Positions 27,086 through 38,990 of a stretch of 64,000 nucleotides of DNA are shown here, one piece after another; the stretch's first letter is position 1, and each line of letters begins with the position of its first letter. The notes beneath the pieces were generated by a model that was given only the letters and a program-made list of their open reading frames with translations, ran no database searches and was not told where the DNA came from. The position numbers and the translations under genes are program-made. Source of the stretch: the human T2T-CHM13v2.0 reference genome, Homo sapiens; the NCBI RefSeq assembly GCF_009914755.1, contig NC_060942.1. The stretch is one strand, 5' to 3'.

Positions 27086-28968
27086 AATATTATGGATTAA
27101 ATATCTGTATTTGCTCTTGTAATTGGCCTTTCAACTAAGAAATATGACACTGTCACAGAAATTCCATATTAGTAGAGATATTTCACTCAGAAAACTGAGC
27201 TGTTAATATTTTATTCTTTCATAACTTGCCCCTTTTTTTATTGAAAGTACCCAATTTTAGAAAATATGCTGCTGCCTACGAATCTCAATGCATACCTCAT
27301 CTTAACTAGGGTATCTGTTTTATCATGGTATCTAGCTAGTTATCTCATCCTTTTTAAAGAGACAATGAGGCAGACCCTGTTCATGTACTTCATCCTAAAC
27401 TAATTGAACTCGTTCCAAGACCTCTTTGCCATTCTATAAGCATTCTACATACTGATAGCAAGCCTTGCAACTCATTTAAACTTCTCACCAAACTAGTTTC
27501 CTATATTTTGTATTTCCTAGTAAGCTGCAGTTGTTTCAAACCTACTTCAGAGGGATAAAATTTATACACAAACATTCTTTTTTAAAACATTATAGACATA
27601 AAGATAATTTTATGATTACTGAACACATCTAGGGAAATTTTTACCAACAGCAGCAGTTAAATTTTGATTACAGTGTACTGAATCGTATGTATATAAGTTG
27701 TGATATGTATACATAGCATGAATACAGCTGGAAGCTTTTTAAAAATCACAACTGGAAAAAAAAAAAAGAAAGAGACAGAGAGAGAAAGAGACTTCATTTT
27801 TACCTGAGGGTCAGTCTGCAGAACAATTTCGATTTTCTAGTTTCATTGGCAGGTAAGATCCATGATGTTATTCAGCATGTGAGTGTCATGGCTTGTCTCA
27901 TTTGTAAACTCCTCTTCATCATCCCTTTCATATTCATTAAAGAATAAAAGGCAATAGGATAGGATCATGGATAGCATTGAACATGGTATTTATTCAAATC
28001 ATTCTGAGCTTGTAAAAAAATCACAACAACAGCTCGGTTTTTTTTTTTTTCCTTCCTAATGGATTTTCTGCAATTGTGGTGAATCATTTTAATTAATGTC
28101 TAAAGTTCCAGTTAAACTTATTTTTAAAGATATTTAAAACATTTTGCAGCATGATAATTTAGAGTAATCAAATTTCTACTCATAGAAAAAAACAGTGTTT
28201 TCATCATATATTGTTAGACAATCTGTGCTATTATATCCAATGCAATGATACAGAGCACACTTCAGCAGCCAGAGTTTATCTGCCTCAGTGCAAGATTTCA
28301 CACATGACAGATTGCAAATTATTATTGTGTGGCTCTGTGATATAATGAGCTACCATTATTACATAGTAACCACTGTAGTAAGGAGATTTTCATAGGGCTG
28401 TATTTTTAATGGACTTCAGAACCAAAAACAGAACAAAAGCAAACACCCTCATTGAAGCATTTTTTTAAAGTAAAGACATCACACTAATTTTAATGTTTTA
28501 TTAACTTGCTTTAGAAAACACTGGCTTTCTAAGTAGTCTACGTTCTAAATGATTTAAACTCAAATTCATAGCAAAATTAAAATTCATGGCTAAATATCTT
28601 TCCTTGATATGGAACTGGGTGAGAATGTCACTCATATCAACATATAAGATGTTTAAATCAAGATAAAAGGCTCACTTAAATCCAAATATGTTATTATTGA
28701 TGTCCCAATAAAGGGTTTTTAATTACGTGGATTAAATTTCTCCCGTTGAAAATAAATACATTCAACAAGTATTCTCTGGGGAGATTGAGAATAATAGTTT
28801 GCTTTTTACATGAGCTTATTTCCAAATCAGGTGTATGAAAACACCCACAAAGAGAGAGGCAGCTATTTGTTAGTATCAGTTTTGTTCTTAAAAAGAGTTT
28901 GTGAGGAAACCCACTGGGAAAAAACAGTTTGCTCCAGCTGCTTCAGTCATTTTTCTCAATGATACCTA

Positions 28969-29041
28969 CTGCCCCCTGCTGACTCATTACGGAATAAACC
29001 ATTACATTCCTCTGGAAATTTAAACAAAGGCCTTTGAGTCA
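28969..29041. promoter_or_regulatory. Candidate CTCF site overlapping an ARE/MARE, plus a second AP-1 site
   Basis: Minus strand TCAGCAGGGGGCAG (28969-28982); TGCTGACTCAT (28977-28987); TGAGTCA (29035-29041). Motif match only. Confidence 0.4.
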
Positions 29042-29216
29042 TTAAGCCGGTAATGGAAGATATATTTGTTAAGGTTTGAAATTGCATACATCTTACTCCT
29101 CCCATTATGACGTATAGAAAATATTATTTCCATATCTAAGTTCTGAAATGTCCCTATTCAACTTGCATTTTGTGTGTTCTCAACTGATTTTCTAATATCC
29201 TCCCTTTCACCCACAG

Positions 29217-29349
29217 GCCAGCTTACGTTATAAATCCAAAGCTAGTGAAAACACAATTAGAGAAGACCATGTGAAGTGTGAAGAGCTTAATGTTTTAGGG
29301 CAATTGAGCAAGATTTATTCAGTAAATCAGAAATGTGTTTTCACTGCAA
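29217..29349 (+). other. Candidate 133-nt internal exon (possibly lncRNA or cryptic)
   Basis: Branch-like ctaat, pyrimidine tract cctccctttcacccacAG|G, donor CAA|GTGAGT; no transcript evidence available. Confidence 0.25.
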
Positions 29350-30997
29350 GTGAGTGTTTTATGGTGTTTCGCTTTTGACAGTCCGTTGTGGAACAAGATT
29401 GAGAAAAATTTAAGCTGGGTTTTGTAATTTATATGAGGATTGATGGATATTTTGTTTCCTCAACACTGATTAATCTGTGAAATGGAACTTACTTCAAATA
29501 CACTGCAGAGTTGCTATTAAAAAGAATATATTATCCAAATTCAGGCCACAAGACTATATTACAGGATGGAATGTGTTTCAACAAATTACTGCTGACACTT
29601 TGAATAACTAGAGCCCAGGAGAAAGCCATACAGAAAATGATATTTTAGTAAGGCTTCCAGGGAGTCAATCACCAGTTTTCAGTCAAGAACATAATCGCTT
29701 GTTCTCTCTTTATTCTGAATTGCTAACCGCAAGAACTGTGTCTCATTAATTGATGACGATCTTTGAGATTATCTATACTTGTAATGTCTCTAAGCTATTT
29801 CAGCTGGAAAACTTAGGAGAATATGTTGTTAAAAACATTAAAAGAAAACAAAATCTCAGCTAGAAAAAGGAAAATAATGTATCAATTGTTATTAGCTTGC
29901 AAATGAAGTAATTACTTTCAATTTCTTGTATTAATCAGTTGTTTTAAAAGAATACATACATTATAAATTATAAATGTTGATTACTGAGAAGTAATTAAAT
30001 ATTAATTAATAAGTAAATGCTGCAAAATACAGTACATAAACTTAATTTTTTAAGAGAGGTAATTGGTATTTAATTATTATATATACAAGTAAAGGATTAT
30101 CAGGGATTTTAGGTAAATATATAACAAAGAATTCGATCAATTCTTATTTTTAAACATATTATTATTATATACAAGTACTAGTTTATTTTTGTTTGAGTAA
30201 GACAATTATGTCAATAAACAGAAGATATCAGTCTACCAGAAGATAACTGCCTATCAGAGGCATGTATTTGAAAACTTCCAGATGATAAAGTACCCTTTAT
30301 GATGGAAAAAATAATTCCATTTTTACTCATGAAATTAAAAGGAGTTATAGCACAAAATATTTCATACTCATGACTCAAGAATTCTGCCCAAATTTATAAA
30401 TTATTCTTGTAATATCCAATCAGAAAAGAACAGGGAAGACTGTAGAAAGAAAAAATCTACAAAGCTACAGCACTTACTCCAGCATTCACTCTACAATGTG
30501 CTTTTTCTCTAGTGCCATCTATTAAGTTTATTCTCCCCAAATATTGATTAAATGATTGCATTGTGTGCACACATGTGTGTATGTACTGAACGTTTCCAGG
30601 ATAATTAAATGGACTAGTCTATGCATTTTCTTTCTAGATTTTAAGTGTTACAAATTATTGTAGTATTTCCTTGAATGCAGAAAAAACATGTATGTTTACT
30701 CAACTGACCTTTTCTTCCTGAAGAAAACACTTGTGTTAAAACTATATACTGCAAGTAATTGTATACTTTCTTGGAATTAGTTTTAACCTTTTACTGAGTT
30801 TTCATAGTATAAAAATGGAACATAAAATACTCATAGACCTGGAAGTTTCCATGTATCTCTCAATAAAAGTGATGAGAATTCAGGAGTGGAAACTAAAGTG
30901 TCTTGCTAAAACACACAGTAGGGTAATTTATTTTCATCACAGTTAATGCTATTTTCCTAAGTTTAATTACCTAGCATATCTAAAGAAATGCATTCTA

Positions 30998-31160
30998 AGC
31001 ACTGACTTAAAAATTAGGAATACCAGATTCTAATATGGCCATGGTTTCTAACAAGCTGTGTATATAACAGCTTGGTAAATCATCATACCTTATGATCTTT
31101 AGTTTCCTTATCTGTAAATGTTGAAAAGGACTAGATTATTTTGCAAGTCACTTCTAGTGA
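30998..31160 (+). mobile_element. MIR (MIR3/MIRc-like)
   Basis: tttagtttccttatctgtaaatg ... ggactagattattttgcaagtcacttctag. Confidence 0.55.
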
Positions 31161-31503
31161 TATATTTCATTGATGAACATCAACAAACTTCCCTACATGG
31201 TCCACTTCCCAACGTCCTCCATTCCCCTAATTTGGCATAATCTGAATAAACTCATTTACTCCTCAGAATAATTCTCTGAGAATGGCATTGCTATCCTCAT
31301 TTCACCAGTGAGAAAACTGAAGTTCAGAAAGGATAATAGGCTTGTTGAAATTCAAACAGATGGTAAATGGTGGAACTATTCATAACAATGAAAAACAAGA
31401 CTGTCAGTGGGAAAGTGGGTTTTTAAGAACACAAAAATGCACGGGTGAATCATTACTATTACCATTTTAATATTGTTTAGTGGTTATTTTCTATGTAAAT
31501 TCC

Positions 31504-31584
31504 ATAGATAGATAGGTAGATAGATAGATAGATAGATAGATGATAGATAGATGATAGATATATATATATAGATAGATGATAGAT

Positions 31585-31623
<39 letters not shown>

Positions 31624-31641
31624 GATAGATAATAGATAGAT
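31504..31641. repeat. Compound (AGAT)n microsatellite
   Basis: About 138 bp of AGAT/GAT/AT units. Confidence 0.95.
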
Positions 31642-32157
31642 GATTAGCCAGGCCTCTCCAGGGAAACAGAACCAATAGAATATATATATATAATTAGCTA
31701 ATTCAATTATGGTGGCTGAGAAGTTCTTCCATCTGCTGTCTGTAATCTGAAGAACCCGGAAAGGAGGTGGTAATATAATTATGTTTGTATCTGATTCTGA
31801 GGGTCTGACAACCAGAGTAGAAGACCAGGGTGGTTAGGGGTGGGCAGTGCTTGTGTAAGTCTCAGAGCTGGAATGCCCTAAAACTAGGAAGTCCAATATC
31901 TGAGGACAGGAGAAAATGGAAGTCCCAGTTTAAGAAAATAGAGCAAATTTGCCTTTCCTCTACCTAATTGTTATATTGATCCCTCAGTGGATTGGATGAT
32001 GTTCACCCACATTGATGAGGTCAATATTCTTTATTCAGTTTACCAATTTTAATGTTAATTTCTTCCAGAAACACCCTCACAGACATACCAGAGATAATGT
32101 TTACCACCTATCTGGGCATCCCTTAGTCCAGTCATTGACACATAATATTAACTATCA
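31642..32157 (-). mobile_element. MLT2 (B/D-like) ERVL solo LTR
   Basis: ctccagggaaacagaaccaatag ... ggattggatgatgttcacccacattg ... ccagaaacaccctcacagacatacc ... ttgacacataatattaactatca. Confidence 0.85.
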
Positions 32158-32163
32158 GATAGG

Positions 32164-32207
<44 letters not shown>

Positions 32208-32212
32208 CAGAT
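32158..32212. repeat. (AGAT)10 tetranucleotide STR
   Basis: Ten perfect AGAT units at 32165-32204 flanked by AGGT and AGAC variants. Confidence 0.95.
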
Positions 32213-33775
32213 CAACTTATAGCATTATATACACAAATAAAAATGTACAAGATAAGCTTGAACAAACACACTGTGTAAGTTCAGGAAATTCATCACTGAC
32301 AAACATTAAAATGATAAAATATACACCTGTGACAATAATAATTCAACAAAACATTAACAATAAATTCAGTGAAGTTAAATAAAATGTTCTTGGGTTATTT
32401 GACATATCGTTGGGTTATTGGATCATTGGTGAAATTGATCAAAATGGACTGTGGTTGAAATAGATTCATTGTGGGTTTTCAGGAACTGAAATCAGGATAG
32501 GCCAACTCTTCTGGATATATGGGCTTTGCTGTTTCATCTCAGAATTTCTCAGTATTTAAATTATTTCTGTCATTTAATGGATTTTTTCACTTAGCAGTAG
32601 AATCTCATTACACTTAATTGCAACTAACCTGAATTTTTACCTTTTAAAATAGACTTTTCTCTTTATCCCATATTAATCTTCTCTAAATTTCCATTTCATT
32701 TGCAATTCTCTTTTTGGTCACCAAGAATCTCCAAAATGAAGTCCAGTTCATTATATGCCTCATTATCAATATTACCATAGAGCTATTATTGTAATTTACT
32801 CCAATGACTTTTGATGCCTTCAATTCAATCTTATTCTGAAGAAGCCTGGAAGTGCTAAAGCCAGATGACTTGGATCATTTTCAAAGCACAGACTAATTTT
32901 ATTCCGATAGACAGTAAATCTCAGGGCCCTCCAGGAAAAATAGCAATCAACCAGGAAAGTTTTTTTTTTTCCTCTTCCTCTTGTTTTCTCCTTAGAGATA
33001 GAAGAATTTGTTTAAATTTTATATTTGTTTGTTTATTTGATCAGTGTTTTTGTTTCTTTTGGTTTTGCTTTTGTTTTTGCATTGAACCTAATGGAGATTA
33101 AAGGTCAAGAGTGTCCTGAAGGTTTACTCCAAATTACTCAGCTGTGTACTTTTAGTGTAAGTTTCTATACAACCTTATTTATTTCTATTCTTAGTCTTTT
33201 TAAGTTTTAATAATTTTACAATAAATTATTAAAGACAAGCCAAATACTTTAAATACCTTCAATATAATTTGAAGAATACAGTAGAGTGATTTCACTGGCA
33301 GAAATTACAATAGTAAACTTCAATAGAAAGTTGAGTTCTTTTAACTACTCATATCAACATGTTGCTGATCTCAAGGGAATACAGAAAAAATCACTTTTAT
33401 AAAACTATATTTTTGATGGTACTAAATATTGTGTTAATGCCTCTTTTTTAAAAAACTGAAAATGTAAATCATTGTTTCAATTACCCAGTTTTCATAGTTG
33501 TGCTACCTTATATAATATAAATTAGATTTTCAAACTGTTTAGAATTCAATACTGATGATATTAATTAAAATAAAAAATTATTATATTAAAAAATAAAAGA
33601 ACATTCTTCTGCATAATTTTTCTCCAATTAGACTCAACATTTTCATAAGAGAATTATTTACTCATTGGCATTTTACACTTGTATGATTTTAAAAACGGAA
33701 AGCCCTAAAGTATTTTGTATTGTAAATTTTGAATCCTAAAGAAAACATTAAAATGCGTTCAAGACAACCTCAGTG

Positions 33776-33782
33776 TTTTATT

Positions 33783-33825
<43 letters not shown>

Positions 33826-33960
33826 TTTTAACAGAGTCTTGCTTTGTCACGCAGGCTGGAGTCCAACGGCATGGTCTCTCACTGCATCCTCTTTCTCCCA
33901 GGTTCAAGCGATTTTCCTGCCTCATCCTCCGGAGCAGCTGGGACTACAGGTGTGTGCCAC
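33776..33960 (-). mobile_element. Alu right-arm-only fragment with a (TTTA)n tail
   Basis: (ttta)n then acagagtcttgctttgtcacgcaggctggag ... gctgggactacaggtgtgtgccac. Confidence 0.85.
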
Positions 33961-34061
33961 TTAATTTTAACTTAATTCCATTTTTTGCCTCCCCATCAGA
34001 CTGCAATTTTTTTAATATTATAATGATAATTTATGTACTTCAAACTGTGCATTATATATAC

Positions 34062-35705
34062 TAGCCAATAAGACCTTAACATTACCCTCAGGCTGACTAA
34101 ACTTTAGACAGGCTTAATTCTGACTATGAGTTCCTGAATCTTATTTTCTTTAGAAAACTTTCAATTTAGGCAACGAAAGTCAAAATTGACAAATGGGATC
34201 TAATTAAACTGAAGAGCTTCTACACAGCAGAAGAAACTATCATCGGAGTGAACAGGCAACCTACAGAATGGGAGAAAGTTTTTGCAATCTATGCATCTGA
34301 CAAAGGGATAATATCCAGAATCTATAAGGAACTTAAACAAATTTACAAGAAAAAAAAACAAACAGCCCCAACAAAAAGTGGGCGAAGGATAGGAACAGAC
34401 ACTTCTGAAAAGAAGACATTTGTGTGACCAACAAACATAAGAAAAAAAGCTCATCATAACTGGCCATTAGAGAAATGCAAAACAAAACCACAATGAGATA
34501 CCATCTCACACCAGTTAGAATGGCAGTCATTAAAATGTCAGGAAACAACAGATGCTGGAGAGGATGTGGAAAAAAGGGAACACTCTTACACTGTTGGTTT
34601 GAGTGTAAATTAGTTCAACCATTGTGGAAGACAGTGTGGCAATTCCTCAAGGATCTAGAACCAGAAATACCATCTGACCTGGCAATGCCATTGCTAGGTA
34701 TATACCCAAAGGACTATAAACCATTTTACTATAAAGACAAACGCACATATATGTTTATTGCAGCACTATTTACAACAGCAAAGTCTTGGAGCTAACCCAA
34801 ATGCCCATCAATGATAGACTGGATAAAGAAAATGTGGCACATATACACCATGGAAATACTGTTCAGCCATAAAAAAGGATGAGTTCATGTCCTTTGCAGG
34901 GACATGGATGAACCTGGAAACCATCATTCTCAGCAAACTGACACAGGAACAGAAAACCAAACACAGTATGTTCTCATTTCATATGTGTGAGTGAACAATG
35001 AGAACACATGGTTACAGGGAGGGGAACATCACACACCGGGGCCTGTCAGGGAGTGAGGGGCTAGCGGAGGGATAGCATTAGGAGAAATACCTAATGTAGA
35101 TGATGAGTTGATGGGTGCAGCAAACCACTATGGAACGTGTATACCTATGTAACAAACCTGCACATTCTGCACATGTATCCCAGAACTTAAAGTATAATAA
35201 TAATTTAGAAAAGACAGCTAGCTGTAGGTTAAACACTGGCTGTGTGAGGCCAGGCAAATGTTTTTGAAATAAAACATTTTCCTAGGCCTTGAGAAAAAAA
35301 TAAAAGAAAACTTCCTATTTAAATTCTTTCTCTGCCTCTTCGAGATATAAATATTCTACACCCAGAAATCTTTCTCAAGGACCTGGGAGTGATCCCTTTG
35401 AAATGTAATGATTGAAAAAGATAGGATCCATATCTCCCAGTTTCTGTGGGAAAGCAGGAGTTTAATTTTTGATAAGCACCAATTACCAAATACTGATAGC
35501 CTGCCTGCATTGACCTGGCCTCCCCTACTGTCCTCCAATACTTTTCCATTAGCTCACCCCATAGTTTTAAAATCCTTCTGCCTTTTGTTTCAGTAGAGTT
35601 CAATTTCTCCTCACTATTGCAATAGTCTTGACCCCTATTTTAATAGTCTTGAATAAAATCTTCCTTGCTGTTTTCATAAGTGTCCAGTGCAATTTTCATT
35701 TTACA
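34062..35705 (+). mobile_element. MER31-like ERV1 solo LTR, split by L1PA7 and its transduced segment
   Basis: ccctcaggctgactaaactttagacagg ... [L1] ... aaattctttctctgcc ... gaataaaatcttccttgc ... ttttaca. Confidence 0.75.
34169..35203 (+). mobile_element. 5'-truncated L1PA7-like element
   Basis: ORF2 C-terminal frame [17 protein letters not shown]...[11 protein letters not shown]; 3' UTR ending cccagaacttaaagtataataa; TSD 34152-34168 / 35305-35321. Confidence 0.92.
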
Positions 35706-37006
35706 GCCCAATGATAAATTGATTAAACTGAAAGTTTTACTCCATGTTCATGGTGTATTAAAAAGATACAGCATATCCTAAATCATATTTTCTCATTTAT
35801 GTATATCAATGTATTCATGAATCATGTATATCCACGTATTCATAAACATGAATACATTCATATTCATTAGAAAAAGTAACATTTTGATTAAAAATCTTGG
35901 GAGCCAAAGCTCAAGAAATTTCTGATTAAATCAGAGCCCCAAGATGTGTACACAGCTTTCTTCACAGTTTTCCTCTGTTGCCTCTTATGTATTTGGTAAA
36001 CCACATAAGGTTTTACCAGGAAAATATTTTTTGTATTAAAATCATATACAAAATGCTCTCTGTACTCCTACAATCTTGCTTTTTAAAAAAGATTCTGTTT
36101 ATTTCAGATTTGCTGTTATAGCAGAACACGTTTCTGGTGTGTTTTACACTTTACATTTTTACTTCACAACAGGGAACAGCTTATTAGTGGGTGGCAGAAC
36201 TGGGATCCAGACGTGACTGCGCCAATATGTATACACCCAAGTTAACTTCAGCTCTTTTTCAGGCTGGAATACGCTGGATAAAATAACTTGGAAGACACAT
36301 ACACTATGAAATAAATGAAGAAGCGTTTGAGAAAACAGTATACGTTGCCAGTTTACCTGGGCCTTGTTTTCATCTCTTTTGCTGTCTTGTTACATAACAT
36401 GTTTCTTAGTCTTCCTTGTTGTAATAATAATGATGATTATTAGTATTCCTTCCATATTCTGAGAAATATGAATAGTAATATTTCCTCCTTCCTCAAATAC
36501 TGTAGATTAATGTTACTTCAAAGCAATGTTTAGGAATTGCATATGAAAATAAATAATATCATAATATCTTTGTAGCTTGGGTTAAATCTATGCAACATCA
36601 AATCATCAAACAGATTGGTTAGGTATAAAGATAAACTTTTTTGTCTAAATAACGTAACTGGCCAATATTTCAAAATGTCCCTTTAAAAAGTGTACTAAAA
36701 TATCCGTGGCCCATATTATGCAACAAATACTAAAAAATTCCAATTTACCATGACGTCATACCAGATATTAGAGTGAGAGTACCAAAACAAACCAAGAAAA
36801 AAACCAAAAACCCCTGAATGTTCCAATGATGCCTATATAATACAGGAGAAACAAACAAATACAAATGCTACGAAATAGTGAATTGTGAGAAAATGAGTAA
36901 GAGTCAGGTGAAGAATTGGGAGAAGAGCTTTCATATAGAACAAGCAGTATTTATAAAAAATCAGAAACAAAAATAGGTCATAGGACAGTTTAGTAGTTCC
37001 CAAAGA

Positions 37007-37174
37007 CAGGGCTTTTCAAACTGGATCAGCAGGATGAACATTACCTGGGAACTTGTTAAAAATGCAAATTGTTGAGAACCCCCTACTGACCTACTGAATT
37101 AGAAACACTTGAAGTGGGGCCGGCACTCTGATTACCCTGGTGAGCATCATTCATGCAAACGTTTAAGAACCTCT
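37007..37174. mobile_element. MER5A-like hAT-Charlie MITE
   Basis: cagggcttttcaaact ... acctgggaacttgttaaaaatgcaaatt ... acctactgaattagaaac ... gtttaagaacctct. Confidence 0.75.
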
Positions 37175-38059
37175 AATATAGACTTTGCATGTGCTTGGAC
37201 CAAAGTCATTTGGGTGAAAAGAAGGGGAATTGCTTCAAGTTTCTTAGATGCTGCTAGACACTGATAAAATTTCTCTGGCACTGGTGCATTTCCTCTCTTT
37301 TAACCCTTATAACTTCCCCTCAATTTGAATGCTTAGAGACTGAGGAGTGCAATTATATTTATATTAAGGTGAAGAGTTTATAGTGAGGTATTAAACTTTA
37401 AGTTATACATTTTAAATTATAAAACAAATAAGCAAACAAATTTAACCCAAAATGTACAAAGTTTTTGGATAGCAAATATTTCTAAAACACACTGAAAAAG
37501 GAAGTGCAGATTTGTTTCTAAAAGCATTTCAATGGAAAAAAGTACAAATGCTTGCAATGATTTTCAGTTTAGTACAATAAAAGTTAATTTTGATTGTTTT
37601 GAAATTGACTTGCATTAAAATCTTAAATCACTTGGAGCCCAGCCTTGCTGTGGAATTTACTCTTAATATGACATCCCAACAAAGAGAAAAATGGGTGTGG
37701 TAAAAAGAAGAAGAGCAGTATGCTTTTTACAGCTGTTGTATGTTAAGAGATGCTGTGCAGAAAGTATGGCTCTGGAGAAAGAGAATATATTTGAATAGAA
37801 TTGTAGTTTTGTGCACGATGAGTTCATGTTAAAGCATTTATCTTTAGCTCTTGTCTGCAAATGTTCTCTTCACTGCATAGGTCTAAACACAAGGCTATCT
37901 TAACAGTAACTGCCTTTATTTCTTTCAAGGTTTTAATAGAAAATATTTCACTCTTTGCCTGCTTTAGCTTTTTCTAATTCTAATGTATGATATTCTATTT
38001 AAAATTATTCCTATCAGATTGCTTATTTATATGCACCAAAACTGCAATCCTTCTGGCTG

Positions 38060-38990
38060 TGAAACATACAGAAGAAACTTTAAATATAATTAAGATAGCA
38101 GCAGAGGAACATGGAAGAGAGGAACATAGGTTTATAAAATATATTGTGCAAAAGAGCTTACTGCACTTATAAGAAATGAGAGAGCTTTATAGGGGATGAT
38201 CACACAGCCTTGAAGAATGCATTAGTAATAACAGATAACAAGGATGAGAAGATATTTGAGGAAATAACAGCAAGTGCAACATCATGGAGATGAGAGAGAA
38301 AATGGTATCAGGACAAAAAGCAGTTCGGTAAGTACAGCATAAAGTCAAGAAAGCAACTCTTGGGAAATGTTTGCAAAGTCAAACTAGGGAAATATTGAAG
38401 GAACATGTCTACAATGCTATCGAGCTTACATGTAGACTTCAAGTGAGGGAAATAATAGTGGAAATAGTGTGAAGGATAAATTAAAAGTAGGATTTGCAAT
38501 CTGGGATATAGTTAACCACCTGAGAGATGCTTGCTATTTGTAGTAGGGATAGAGAATAGAGAATACCTTAAAAGAGTAATATTTTTAGAATATAAATTTT
38601 TAGAATATTTTTAGAATATAATTGTAACTTTAATTTGATTTGTTAGGTTGGCAGCATAAAGAATAACATACAGGATGATTGTCAGGTTTTTATCTTGGAT
38701 GAGTGGTGGTTACACTTATTGATGGAAATACAGGTTTTTCCTATGGGTTAGTGTTAGGTTCTATTTGAGCTATAGCAAGAATGAGATTTTAGGAGAACTT
38801 TCAAGTGAAAATGTTGAGTTCTGCAGGTTTTATAAGTCTAAGCTGGTCATAATAATTCTGGAGTTATCAGTGTATAAGTTAAAATGATGCACGTGGAAAC
38901 AATAGTCTAGGAAAACCATGTGCAACAGGAAGGTTAAAAACAGAATTTTGAAGACCACAATAGGGAATAGAAATTATTGGTATCATAGTG
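38060..38990 (-). mobile_element. L2 fragment
   Basis: Purine-rich antisense L2-like tract (ccttgaagaatg, acagcaagtgcaa, aggatgattgtcaggttttt, caagtgaaaatgttgag); very diverged. Confidence 0.5.

Noticed and set aside
36751-36758. Full CRE palindrome TGACGTCA
   Set aside because: Isolated 8-mer with no CpG island or supporting motif cluster.
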